64,000 bases of DNA from Cycas panzhihuaensis (lineage: Eukaryota > Plantae > Cycadophyta), in contig CM041465.1 in assembly GCA_023213395.1 (NCBI GenBank), positions 77,197,741 to 77,261,740 on the forward strand, read 5' to 3'. Position 1 is the first letter of the stretch; each line of letters starts with the position of its first letter. The notes under the pieces are model-generated. The model saw nothing but the letters and a program-made list of their open reading frames with translations. It did not search any database and had not been told where the DNA came from. The translations under genes and the position numbers were made by a program. This document shows, one piece after another, positions 50,901 to 64,000 of this stretch.

Positions 50901-52959
50901 TATTAATTTTTATATGGACATTTCATTAATGATTCCTATTATAATTATAATGAGCATTGATGGATAATCTCTTCCTTTGTGGAGGAGGGGTTTAAGAATC
51001 ATTATTCAAATTACTATCATTGGATAATGTGTGTAGGATATATGTGGAAGGATTTTAGTGGCCTATATATATTTATTAAATGATTTATGTAAGTTGATTA
51101 AGTTAATTGGTGATGTGGGTTAAATGCAAGGATCGAAAGGAAGAGATGTGCCCAATTATACCATCATTGAGAACATATATATATCTGCTTTTTAAAGGAT
51201 AGGTTGCAAAGGATATCAACTTGTGTTCTTATTATGGATAACTTTTATATTAAGACATTTGAGGACATCCTCACCTTTTAAGGTGTAAAAGAGGTTCATC
51301 AAAGAAAAAGCATGGGCAAGTCGAAGGATCTACGTAAGTCATTTCAAAGATCCATTGATAACAACTAGATTTTCACATGTATTATAAGGTAAATACTAAT
51401 CTTTAATGTATTTAGAAATGGATATTTTGGGATTTTACTTGATAGTAATTAGAGTTTTAACCCAATACTATAGTTCTATCATTTTCTTAAAATAATATAT
51501 ATGTTTGGAGAATAGTTCCTTAGATGTAATAATGGAAATTTTATCTATGTAGAGAAACTACTTAACAACTTACCCTTATAGGAAGTATACGAATAATCAT
51601 AATATAAGAGATTGTATACTATAACTATGGGTGGAGTAATAATGGACATATTCTATAAAATGATCCTTAGGGTTTTGTGATTAGACACCACTAAAATTAG
51701 TGATTTTATTTGTAAGTTACATAGGCAAAGCTATGTAACCAATTGGAATGAGCAAAAGTGGCATGGATTATTCTAGATTCAATTATGGGTTTAATTAAAA
51801 GATTAACCATATTGATGATTTAGTAGGCTTCTCAAAGATTTTAATTGAATGCATTAATAAATAAAGATGAAAGAAGAATTAATTCTCTAAGTTTCCTAAA
51901 GAAATATGTGGATATATAATAATTATAACACATATTTATAAGGAGTAGTTACTATGTTGAGGAATATTCTTACTTAATAAAAGTGGTTTAGGATGTAATT
52001 ATCTATAAGCTAAGGTTAAGTAAGCTCTCTATGGGTTATTATGGCAAGTTTTTAGGTAGGAAAAATGACCATTGATAGATTTTGATCTCTATTTAGTGTT
52101 TAGATGTACACAAACATAAAGTAAAGTAGTAAACATACACAAAAAAACCTTAAAAGTAATGGAGAACATTTCTTTTAATAAAAAAAAAACTACATATGAT
52201 GTAAGATGATTTAAGGGAAAAAACTTGTCTCAAAAAATGTTTATAAAATTTGGAAATATAAATATGAATAAAGGAATTACTATTCTAAAAAAACAAAATA
52301 TGAACATGAACAAGAATGATTGATCCTATTATTCATGTAGTTTAGAATAGTTTAAATTTCTAAATAGTGTCTATATTGTTAGAGATAAATGCAACTTAAA
52401 TGTTCTCCTTATTTTCAAATGCAAAATAGACATAGAAAAGAAACCACTTTGCTTTTTTATGATAACGATACCTATATTAACATTTGTATCACCAAAATTT
52501 GGAAACCTTTTCTAGAATAAATTTTGTATTTAGGGTATCTACCATCATATTTAATTTTTGTGTTTTAATTAAAATGTAAATTTCTATTACATATATAATT
52601 AATTAATTTATTTCCTTCTCTTATTTTGGATCATAGTATGTACATTTATTACTTTGATATGTAATTTTGATAACATGCACATAGATGATAAATGATATAA
52701 ATAACATAAATAGTAGACACAAATAAAGCAAAAATAAATGTTTTACATGGAAACCCCTTTTGGGGAAAACCATAGGAGAAGAATAAGCTCACTTAATTAA
52801 TGATAAATATTCAATACATCTATATAGGTATATTCACTATTATATTGGCCAATCATAACTCAATATTATGTTTTTAAATAGTTTTATAACTTTAATAAAT
52901 ATCATTAGAGAATTAATCCATCATAATAGATAACTAAGATTTAAATGTGTTAACAGGAG

Positions 52960-54360
52960 TATATTCTAAAAGATGATCTTTACATGAGGCCTCAATAATA
53001 TTTATAGTAGTATTTTCCATTCTTGGAAGATATGTCTAGAATGTTCTAATCTAGATTATTTTATTCTATATTACTCTATTCTCATATTTTATTCTAAAAT
53101 GTTTTCTATTAAACCTATGGTGGTTTTATTTTAGAATTCTCTCTTCTCTTTTAAGTAGTTTTTATTATAAGTTATTATTATTGGAACCCACTATCTTATG
53201 ATTATTAAGAATAGTAACTAATGACTATCTTTAGGGTGCTTACATATATTCCCCTAGACCAATATCATAAGACCCTAGTTTATCATCCACCACTAATTAG
53301 GTATATTATATAGTCTCTTCTATTAAAGCAATTCACCCTTAAAGCATTGGTAAAGTTGAGCTTTTGAGATATCCATAGATCATATCTATTTGTTATATAT
53401 TTATGTGTCCACTTCTATCCTTGAACTTAATGTGACATTAGTCATTGATTATACTAGAAAAATGGTAGTGGTTTTGGAACTTTATTCATATCTTATAGAG
53501 TTGGTTTAGCTCATTGCTTTTTCCTTTTATGGCTAATGTGATACTTCTAGTTTTCCTCACATTGATATTTTTCTAAGATAGTTTCTACTCTTGGATATGA
53601 GGGTGCCACTTTGTATTCTATTTAGATATAATATAATAGGGAAACCATTCCTAAGTGCCATTTTATTATCATTCTCTCTGTGATTTGGATGAAATCTATC
53701 TATGAAGCTAGTGGTTCGAATCCATATAATGTTGTATTTTTCTTACCATATGTGAATAGAAATATTTCTTGTACATTCATGTAAAATGTCCATAACATGA
53801 TTAACCATTATGGCCTAAGAATGCTATGCACATCTCTCTTTGACATTACATAAAAAATTGACCTCAACTTAATAACACCCATATTTAAGATTATTTATTA
53901 AAATCCTTTATATTTCAAGGCTTATACATAAGTTATCATGAGCTTAAGTGATGGGTGAATACTATTATAGGTCCATCTCTTTATGCAAACTCTATGCTAA
54001 TAAAATTATAAGTATTGCCTAAATTAATAAGCAATGTTACTATGTCTTTATTAATAAAGCCTTTAATTTTTAAAGTATTAGGGTATATAAAGCCTACTTT
54101 TGTTGTTAATGATATGATTGAGGTTTTTATCTTCTCCATGGATAGGTTAAGAAAGTCTTTTATGCCTTTGACCTCATCTTCTTCTTTTGCTTCCCCTCCC
54201 TTTGTATGATAACATGATAATATTAATACTTAGTAGGGATTCCTACTCTCCACACTTAAAGCATTTTTTGCTATATATTATAATATTGATAACATCTATC
54301 CTTATGCTTATGTTCCATTATATCCCTTTAGATATTATGTTATTTTTATTTTTTTGTAAG
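52960..54360 (-). mobile_element. Very degenerate gypsy 3' end (integrase tail, PPT, LTR start)
   Basis: TLYGFEPLAS resembles the VYGFNPLTP integrase tail. PPT-like aggggaata precedes tgtaagcacc near 53243 on the minus strand. Confidence 0.35.
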
Positions 54361-57300
54361 TCCCTTCATTAGGTTTTAGAGGATGGATTTTGGTTTCAGG
54401 CATTATGATAGTAATAGGTTTATATGATAACCTCTTAGATGGATTTTAAAATTTAGATGAGTATGCCTTTTCCTTAACCTCAATCATTTTTCTCTTCTTG
54501 AATAGCTTCGTTTAGAGTGCCAAGGGTAGTTAAGTTCCTTTTGAAGTTAGAAGCGCACCTCTAGGGGGTCACTATGGATAAAAGCACCTAAGCCAATACT
54601 ACAACTACAACAGGGGCTTAAGGACCTCAAAATAGGGATAGGTTATCCTCAAAGGATGTTTGCACATCAAAATGTAGGTTTGGGGACTTGAAAATAACAC
54701 TTATAACTTCCCTTCTATATGAGTACCTTCCTAGATTTGGATTAGGTAGGTATATCCTCATATTACTTAGTAGTCATAGATGGGCTCTCCTACCCTTAAG
54801 GTGGAAGAGAGGAGAGGAAAGGCCTCCTTTTGAGGAGGAGGTGACAGGGTGATGGATCCTTATAGATAGGGAACCTAGAAGCAAGAGGAATGAATGGTTG
54901 TTGAAGAAAAAAGCAGGGTTGAAAGAGGAGGGGATGATAGCCTTGGAATGGCTAGCTCCTATGAGTGAAATACCTCCTAGATGAATGGGTCCTGTATGAG
55001 CAACATGAGTAATGGATAATGGTTTGATAAAAAAAATATGTGTAAATATTTGAAGAGTGTTGCAAATGATATGAAAATTACCAAAGTTGTAAAATATGTA
55101 AAAGGAAATAATAAATGATGATAAGAAATGGTTAGCTAAGCACAACATACATATAGCGAAAGAGAGGGAAGCAAAGTACCACAAGTATTGCAATGTTGCC
55201 AATGTATATGAATAACATCCTATAAGGTTTATTAGCGTAAGTAGTGGGTATGGAGCAAAAGAGACTTGGGAAGAGGGGGTTGCCCTAAGAGAAGTGGCTA
55301 TAGGAGTCAGAACTCCAACCATATATACTTCTCTTACCTTCCCAAACAGTCCAAAATCTAGTCTACTATTAGTTAGTAGAAACTTAGGGATGGGATAATG
55401 GAAACAAAGTGAAAAGAGAGGGTTGTCCCATCTTAGTTTAACAAATATGGGAGAAAATATATGGTAATGAGCATGTAAATACATAAAATTAGAAGAAACC
55501 TAGATCTAAGAGAGAAATAATAGAGAAAACCTGCTTTCAACCATTGGAACTTGCTCAAATTAGGAGTTACCTTACAACTAAAGGGATGGTGTAAAATTAA
55601 AATTACTATTCTTGGTGAAGAAATCCCTTTTTTGGGAAGGAAAGAGCCTTTAACCCAAGAGAATAAGCTATTGTTGCTTTGTTAAGCATGAAAAAGAGAT
55701 AGATCTCATTGAAAGAGGCCTAGTTCAGACTTGTAAGCTAGGGTTTCTACCCTGTCAAAACCAGAGTGGAAGGAGGAATAAGAAGAGAGCATTTTCTAAT
55801 TGTGAAAGCCCAAGAATAAGTTCAAAATTTTATTTTTATGTTCTAATTAGGTTTTTGGAGGGGCTAGGGTTTCAGTTAGGCAGGAAAAGACCCGTTTCCA
55901 TGTGTTAGATTTGTAATAAATGTGAATCTAGCTATTTTTGGGCTATGATAATTAATGAACTGTCACCCCATGGCAAACTTCATGGTATCATAAACTTTGA
56001 AGCGGTGTGAAGAAAATAAAGTGAAAAATAAAAATTGCCTAGGGAACATACAAGAAACTAGCTCTAGGATGTAAAAACAGGGAGTGGAGGGCTGGTAAGA
56101 TCTTTTAGGGATTCTAAACAATGGTGGGGATTCCCCCAATATGTGAAAAGGGTGAAGACTAAGCACCAATAATGATGTAAAAATATGTTGATGAGTGAGT
56201 GAGTTAAAACCCACCCTAAAGGCTATACAACAAGTTAGGAGTGAGTCAAGGTGGGTTGCAGAGGCCCATGAGTACCCACAAACTTTAGGAAGATGTTTCT
56301 TAGAGCTATGTGGTGCCATAGGACTATGGTCTTGGGTCATCATAGGCTAAAATAGAGCTACAAGCAAGTATTAGGCAAGTAAACTAGGTAGCCAGATAAG
56401 CTATGCAACTAAATTATGCTACTGGGGCTATAAATGTACCTCGCCATGGCATAAAGATAAACATGACAAGGGAAAAGAATGCATACCTGTACTTACCTAA
56501 GGGATGCTGCTCTTACCTATTCTCAGTGGCTAGGAAATATTGCCCCCTTGGTAGCAAAACCTCATCACTCAAGAGCATATGATAATGGTGAATATTTTCA
56601 ACATAAACGAGTTAGTAACATCTACTAGTATAAATATATCATCATCCAAGAGGAGTGGCAAATATGTACAAAGAGGCAGAGATGAAGTAGTGTGGGGGTT
56701 GCCCATACATTGCCAAAGAGTATAGTATAAGGAATGAGACGGATGTGGGGGCTGCCCCCATCACCTTCATGTGTAATGAGAATACAACATAGGATGCAAA
56801 CATAGTTAAAGGTGAATGCAAACCAAAAACCTATAAATATAAAGTGTCAGCATATAAAATAATTGTGCCATGGATGATATGATAATAGAGCAAATAAATA
56901 AACTGATGGTCACCATAGTTTAACCTCATTAGTGGCCTATTTTTGGAGGTCCTAGGGAAACTTGATAATGGTATGAGAAGAAGGTTAGCCTATGAGCTTA
57001 GTGATAGATCACCTAGAGGAGGAAGGTAACACTCCAAGATGTGACAAATAAACAAATAATATTATATGCCTTGGCATTATGATCTCAAGGGATATATTAG
57101 ATATGCATGGAGGAGAAGAGGGAGAGGGACAACAATAACCCAATAATTGAGGTAAGGGACCTTAATCATAGGTAAGGAACCTAATAAACCTAGGTTAGCT
57201 GTAACACAATGATCTGAGAGTCATAATGAAGGATAATGAGGCCATGGTGAAAGTAAAATACATTGATAAGGGCTTTAATAATAGTTGTGTATTCAACCTC

Positions 57301-57633
57301 ATTATTCATAAACTCAAGTAAGTAGACTCTGAAATGCATGTAGTTATTTTTGGAGGGATCATGGATCCATGCGGCTGTGGAGGGTTTAGGATTGCTGTGA
57401 GTACCACCATTAGTAAAGATGAGTAGAACAATGGAAAAGAAAGAGGATTTTAGACCAACTTAAAGAAGGATGAGTAGCAGCACTATTGAGGTAGAAAAGG
57501 GGTAGCAACGGGGCTATAATAACTCAAAATGATTAGATATATCAAGCATGAAAGGATAGAGGAGCCCTAGGAATAAGCTACTAGACTCATAGCAGGCCTA
57601 CCCAATAGAATATATGGGAATGGCTGCTAAAAT

Positions 57634-58125
57634 TATTAGATATATTAAACACTTTGCAAGTGTTACATGGGTATAGGCATTACATCTAAGCCCCTTTGTG
57701 GGGTCTAGGGGCTCATTGTAGGGCCCCTGACTAAGGGGTTTCGAGGGCTAGCGACCCTCTAGGCTGGGTTTCAGGGGTGATAGCTCATGGGAAAATTTTT
57801 TGGGTGTCTTATGGGGCTCTTTGTTAGCCCATGGTTTATGCTCATTGTATTGTAAAACCGCAAGGCAATATCTTGTAATATTGTGTCTATATATTCTTAT
57901 GTAACAACACATGTAATAGATGATATGGATGAATTGATGTGAAGAGTTAGAGTTTATTCATCTCTATAATTATTTAGTTATTGCTCATATTATTAAAAGG
58001 TTTATCCTTAGACCTGAATATCTTAGTGTTCTTCGTTGAGTGCTTGGTTTGTTTATGTTATTTTCTCTTTGCATAGTTTAAAGTTCTATTATCACATTAC
58101 TTCTACAGCTATATTTTTCTCCTCA
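57634..58125 (+). repeat. 5' LTR of copia E
   Basis: Aligns with 62177-62640 and is followed by the PBS. Confidence 0.93.
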
Positions 58126-58127
58126 TT

Positions 58128-58139
58128 TGGTATCAGAGC
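58128..58139 (+). promoter_or_regulatory. Primer-binding site, tRNA-iMet type
   Basis: Exact TGGTATCAGAGC. Confidence 0.95.
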
Positions 58140-58193
58140 TAAGGGCTATTCAGTAAGTGCAAACCTTATGTGGTGAACTTGAGTGCAAAGATT

Positions 58194-61100
58194 ATGGTAA
58201 GCACTACAAATATAGAGACTGAACGGTTCAATGGCTAGAACTTTGAGCTATAGAAGCTAAAGATGGAAGATATCCTCATCGAGAAGGATTAGTGGATCGT
58301 TGTGGTAAGAACAAAGCCTGCAACTATGGATGATGAAGACTAGAAGAAGCTTGATTGAAAGGCAATTAATTCGATAAGATTATACCTTTTAGACATGGTA
58401 TTGTTGAATGTTTCCATAGAGTCTATGACTAAAGATCTTTAGAGAAAGTTAGAGCCTTTATATTAGATAATGTCCTTGGTTAATAAGCTATTTTTTCAAA
58501 AAAAATTGTATTCACTAAATATGAGTGATGGAGATGCATTTGTAGATCATCTCACTACATTTAACACTATGGTGAGCCAGCTTGTTTCAGTTGGGGTAAT
58601 AATGTTTGAAGAAGACAAGTGTATTACCTTATTATATTCACTTCCTAATTCCTCAGATAATCTTGTGATGTCGATTAGCACCATGGCTACTGTCACCCTG
58701 AAATTTGATGATATTGTTGTTGCTCTACTATCGAAGGAAAAAATCTTCTAAGAATTATTCGAAAGAAGCATTAATGGTGAGAGGTCAAACATTGGATTGT
58801 GACCAATAGAGGCCTAGGAATAGTGGCTAAAATCTAGAGGAAAATCTAAATCTCTAGGTAAAGGCCCCTTGTTATGCTAGAGATGTGGGAAGGTTGGCCA
58901 TATAAAGAGCTAGTGTCGAGTCAAGGTTGACAAGGGAAAATCACTTGAAGATACTTCTTCCACGGTAACAAAAGCCTCTGATGAAGTTGATGGCAATGTT
59001 TATTTGGTAACCTTAGGTAAGTTGTTAAATGTTGAGTCTTGGTTAATTGACTCTAGTGCTTTGCTTCATATTACTTCCCATAGAGACTAGTTTTATGAGT
59101 ACATAAGGATTGATGGAGGTGAAGTTTTTTTTGGGAATCATTACCCATATAAAATTGTGAGTCATGGAACGGCGAAGGTTTGATTTGGGGATGGAAGGAT
59201 TAAAACTATCCCTAATATGAGTCATATTCCTGGTTTAGCTATGAGTTTGTTATATGTCAGTCAATTGGGTGATGCAGGAATAGAAGTGATCTTCAATAAA
59301 AATAGTCACAGAATGGTTCAAGGAGCATTGGTATTAGCAAGAGGGGTCCAATTTGGAACACTATATAAGCTTGATGTAAGTACAATATGTGCTAGAAGTT
59401 ATAGTCTAGCTATTATAGAAAGTAGCAATAATGAAGGCATGACTCAAATATCACTTGCTGGTAAAACTATGCCATGGCATCAGAGATTGGGCCATATTAG
59501 AGAGAAAGGCCTCCATGATTTATTCTCAAAAGGTATGATAGAAGACATCTTTGGAATTAATGGCTCATTTGATTTTGATTTATATGAGCATTGCATGTAT
59601 GGTAAATAGAATCGAGTCAGTTTTCCTTCAAGCTCGAAGAGAGCAAAGGGTATTCTGCAATTGGTGCACATTGATATTTTTGGACCTATTAATGTACCCT
59701 CATTGGGTGGGTCCAAATACTTTGTCTCATTCATAGATAATTTCTTGAGAAAGACATGGTTCTACTTTCTCAAGTAGAAATTTGAAATCTCTAGTAAATT
59801 CAAAGAATTCAAGGCCTTGGTCGAGAATTAGAGTGACAAGAAGATTAAGGTACTGAGGGCTAATAATAGAGGTGAGTTTTGCTTAAAGGAGTTTGAGAAA
59901 TTTTATAAGCAGTGTGGGATAATAAGACAAAATACAATTCTCTATATGCCACAATAGAACAAAGTTACTAAAAGGATGATATGACCTTACTAGAGAGGTT
60001 AATTAGTATACTCAGTATTGCTAGATTAGAGAAGAAAGTCTAGGTAGAGGCTATGATGACTACAAGCTACTTGATAAATAGATCATCGACAACTTCCTTA
60101 GTATACATAACACCTGAAGAAGTGTGGTCTGGTAAGAAACCATCTCTTGGTCAACTTAGAGTTTTTGGTTATGAAGCTTTTGTGCATAGTCCTAAAGAAC
60201 AAAGGACTAAGCTTGATTTCAAAGCTATAGTAACTGTGTTAAAGAATATAAGATTTATAACCTTGAAACACAAAAGGTTGTGTATAGCTGTGATGTTGTC
60301 TTTAGAGAGGAGCTTAATTCTCTAAAGTTATGAAGAACTAAAGGAGGAACACTCTAAGAAGGTACAATTTGAAGTAAGGGATGAAGATTCTACATCAGAA
60401 TATGAGTTAGTTGAAGAGGAAGAACCAATTATAGAGGTAGCTCAACCTCAAGGACCCCACATCTGAGGAGATTAACTTATGAGAGAAGACAACCTAACAG
60501 GTATATTCCTAAAGACTTTCATCTCCTCTTTTATTTTATCTGCTATAAATGATGATCCATGTACTATTCGGGAGGCTCTAGAGTCAAAAGAGAGCCAACT
60601 CTAGATGAAGGCTATGTAAGAATAAATAATAGCCTTGGATAAAAATAATACGTGGGATTTGGTGGATCTACCTGATGGTAGAAAACCTGTTGATAATAAA
60701 TGGATCTTCAAGAAGAAGTTCTAAGCAGATGGTACTGTGGAAAAGTATAAGGCTCGCTTGGTAGAAAAGGGCTATTCCTAGGTTAAGGGAATATATTTTA
60801 ATAAGGTATTTTCCTTTGTTTTAAAAGTTGCTTTAATTAGATTTTTATTGGTTGTAATAAATGCTTATGACCTTGAGGTAGATCAAATGGATGTGAAGAC
60901 TACATTTCTTTATGGTGACCTTGAGGAAGAAATTTATATATTACAACTTGAAGGGTTTGAAGCTATAGGAAAGGAGCATATGGTGTGCAAGTTGACGAAG
61001 TCATTATACAGCTTGAAATAGTCACCAAGGATGTGGTATCAGAAGTTTGATTCACATATGTTGGAAAATGGCTTTGTGCATAGCAAAGTAGATAATTGTA

Positions 61101-62125
61101 TTTATTATAAGAAGGTTGGTAATCATTTTGTTATTCTGGCTTTATATGTTGATGACATCCTTTTAGTTGGTAATAATAAAGAAATAAATCAACTTGTGAA
61201 AGGCCAACTGGCATCTCATTTTGAGATGAAGGATCTTGGTTCTATACATTTTATTTTAGGCATTGAGATTAAAAGGGATAGGAGAAATATGAAGATTTGG
61301 CTTAGCTAAAGACAGTACATTAAGATAATATTGCAACAGTTCAGGTTACAGGATAGTAAACGAGTTAATGTTCCTCTTCTAGTTGTTTAAAATTATCAGT
61401 TGAATAATACCCAAAGACTTACTAAGAAGTTGAATACATGGCATTTATCCCTTATGCTAATACTATTAGTAGCTTGATGAATATAATAGTTTATACTTTA
61501 CTAGACATTATCCATGCAATTGGAGTAGTTAGCAGGTATATGTCAAGCCTAAGTAGGGATCATTAGGTGGTTGTGAAAAGGATTTTCAGGTATGTGCAAG
61601 GTATATTAGATTATAGAATTTTCTATCAAGGAGATCACATGGAGAGTAGAATAGTAAACCTGAGAGATTTTATTGATGTTGATTGGGCTAGAGATCTTAA
61701 CAGCAAAAGATCTATAAGCGAGTATATTTTACCCTTTGTGGTGGGGCAATCGGCTAGATGAGTAAAAGACAATATGTTATGGTACTTTCTAGTACAAAAG
61801 TAGAGTATATGGAAGCTACTTATATGTGTAAGGAAGTAATTTAGTTACAGAGATTATGCATAGATATTGGCTTTAAGCATGATGTTGTGAGGATAGATTG
61901 TGATAGTCAAAGTATAATCTACCTAATAAAGAACCCCATTTTTTATGCTCGGTCAAAGTATATTGATGTGTAGTTCCATTTTGTGAGAGAAATAGTTTAA
62001 GATCATAAGATGGATTTGAAGAATATTACTACACAAGAGAATGCTACAGACTTATTGACCAAGATTATTAGCATACAAAATTTAGATAGTGTAGAATTAT
62101 AATGAGTGTTTGTGATTTTGGCATT
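58194..62125 (+). pseudogene. copia E gag-pol (disrupted)
   Basis: MVSTTNIETERFNG*NFEL*KLKMEDIL (gag), C*RCGKVGHIKS*C knuckle, WLIDSSA (protease), WHQRLGH and LQLVHIDIFGP (integrase), QMDVKTTFL and LALYVDDIL (RT), SKYIDV*FHFVRE (RNase H). Confidence 0.94.
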
Positions 62126-62176
62126 CAGTAGTTATGTATACAGTTTTTCTTATAAAGTGTTCAACAAGTAGGAGAT

Positions 62177-62640
62177 TGTTAAATATGTTGAACACTTTGT
62201 AAATGTTACATGGGTATAGGTGTTACACTTGAGCTCCTTTATGGGGTTCAAGGGCCTAGGGGGCCAGTGGCCCCCTAGACGGGAATTCGGGGGTCGGAGC
62301 CCCCAAGAAATTTTTTTGGGTGTCTTATGGGGGTCTTTATTAGCCTATGGTTTATGCCTATTGTATTGTAAAACTGTAAGGCAGTATCTTGGAATGTTAT
62401 ATCTATCTATTCTTATGTAATGACACATGTAATAGATGGTGTGGATGAATCGATAGGAAGAGTTGGGGTTTATTCATCTATATAATTCTTTAACTATTAC
62501 TCAGATTAATAAAAGGTCTATACTTAGACCTGAATCTCCTAGTATACTTTGTTGAGTGCTTAGTTTGTTTATGCTATTTGTTATTTGCATGGTTTAAAGT
62601 TCTGTTATCACATTGCTTCTATAATTATGTTTTCTCTTCA
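62177..62640 (+). repeat. 3' LTR of copia E
   Basis: TGTTAAAT...TCTTCA with the PPT immediately upstream. Confidence 0.93.
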
Positions 62641-63691
62641 AAAATGTACTTTTTTAACACTCCTGGGGGTATGATAGAGCCAGCTAGGGCCTGAAAGGGG
62701 GGAAGAGCTCTCCCTTGGAGCCTCAAAGGCTTGAATAGATAACAAAAATAGATCCAAGATGCCAAAATGAGCTATAGTATAAACATGAGCAAGTTTTAGA
62801 GGCTAAAAAATCAAGATGATGGGACCTCTAACAGGCTAAAGAAACCCTCCATAAATGCATATAAAAGGAGCTAGAAGGAGGCTTTAAGGGCAAAACATGG
62901 GTTAAACCTTAAAGGTAAAAAGAATAGAGGTGAAAAATAGGTCCTGAGGGCTGTCTCATTGGTGGAAACAGAGGTGGTACCTCGAGAGGCCCTGCGAATA
63001 AAAAGGGTGAGGGGGCAGAAATCGATTTCATTTTCACAGGCCCCTTATATGATTTGGAGCCCTTCCATCTGAGCAACAAGGCTTTACTATCTTTTACGAG
63101 TATACATTGAGAGATCCAACTATTAGATCTTAATGAGGAGACAACCATTAGGATTATGACAGTGAGATGGCAGTGATCAGGCTAGAGCTAGTGAATGGAT
63201 CTTGCCTTAAGTCTTTCTTTTGGTCATTTCAATTTAATATTATTTTTTTATGAATTTGGGCCCTGTAAGGGCTATGGGGACCCCCTAGATCCCATTGGAG
63301 GGCCAGGGAGGGGGAGGACTAGGGTATTAGTAGCCCTGGTCCCAGTGGACCAAGCTTGGTCCATCGAAACAAACTTGTTAGGTTTCTATAGGCCATCCTT
63401 CCTTTTTAGGGGGGGTATCCGCAAGCTTATGGCATTTGCCATGGTGCTATGAAGTTTGGGATCCATATCAATACTTGTGGTACTACAGATACTGATGCAA
63501 GGTGGAAACTGGGTAAAGGAAAAAATAAATAAACTGATTAGACTATGTGGATTTGCCTAGTTTGAGGTGGCTTAAACCATCTAGATAGAGGAATATGACA
63601 TGATAGTAAGGTAAGGGTGACTAACTGGTTGTTTGATGATTATTTGTAAGCTATTCTTATGGTTGATAACTATGGGAATATAGGCATGGCC

Positions 63692-64000
63692 ATGATGAGT
63701 TTCATTGAGATGATAAGTCAGCAAGAGAGGAGTACCTTGCGGTGATGCAGGTTACTAAAGGTGATTAACACGTTGCAGTGCATATATGATCCGAGGTTAC
63801 TAGTGGATATTGTGTCTTATTGGGACATGAGGAGGTACATTTTCCATCTCCCACAGGTAGGAGACATCACCATTACACCAGGAGACATCAGGAGGATATT
63901 GGGGGTGCTGACTAGGGGCACACTGGCTTCTTTGGGTACCTTGTCCAACACAGATGCTGCTCATTTAGATGTGGTTATGTTCTTTACTAGTAGGAGTAGT
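63692..64000 (+). pseudogene. Plant Mobile Domain (PMD, aminotransferase-like) coding remnant, runs off the window
   Basis: YDPRLLVDIVSYWDMRRYIFHLPQVGDITITPGDIRRILGVLTRG matches the PMD motif D..L..ALVERW..ET.TFHLP.GE.TITLEDV..ILGLP..G. TGA at 63743, then open to 64000. Confidence 0.8.

Larger units (their letters stand above)
57634..62640 (+). mobile_element. Ty1/copia LTR retrotransposon E (Tnt1/Tork-like), full length, degenerate
   Basis: LTRs at 57634-58125 and 62177-62640. Perfect TSD AAAAT. PBS TGGTATCAGAGC (58128-58139). PPT aagtaggaga. Confidence 0.96.

Noticed and set aside
52655-52955. Possible additional solo copia LTR (ttttacatggaaaccccttttggggaaaacc motif)
   Set aside because: Termini and TSD could not be established.
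54774-55484. 236 aa minus-strand ORF
   Set aside because: Low-complexity F/L/I/S-rich shadow of a purine-rich strand with no recognisable domain.
54560-56770. Several PPT-like motifs suggesting Tat/Ogre LTR boundaries
   Set aside because: Candidates conflict in orientation and no paired LTR or TSD was found in the window.
1-64000. CRISPR arrays, tRNA/rRNA genes, hammerhead ribozymes, intact host genes
   Set aside because: No repeat-spacer arrays, no RNA-gene structure, no CTGATGA...GAAA core with supporting stems, and no exon chain seen by eye. A covariance-model scan was not run.

Overview
An AT-rich, gene-free stretch of a large plant nuclear genome. It looks gymnosperm-like, but that is an inference from TE families and composition. 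It is built almost entirely from nested, C-to-T-decayed retrotransposons, and no intact host gene, RNA gene or CRISPR array is supported. Resolved elements: four two-LTR Ty1/copia elements (A 1751-14053, B 22625-29681 and D 34275-41313 on the minus strand; E 57634-62640 on the plus strand), a truncated copia (C), three RNase H-bearing plant L1 LINEs (two bounded by 19-20 bp TSDs), a 2.5 kb gag-only non-autonomous LTR element, two solo LTRs, gypsy remnants, and a Plant Mobile Domain frame at the right edge. Four observations stand out. (1) Copia A carries a ~517 bp intronless CYP72-clan cytochrome P450 fragment, antisense, in its long 5' leader, and copia B and D also have long leaders with antisense ORF-like cargo, suggesting a recurring antisense cargo slot. 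(2) A ~110 bp copia RT fragment is fused to the 5' end of a LINE inside its TSD. (3) The two TSD-bounded LINEs share a 3'UTR stem-loop. (4) A fixed-spacing ~52 bp motif recurs in leaders of unrelated LTR elements. All translations and alignments were done by eye and no database searches were run.
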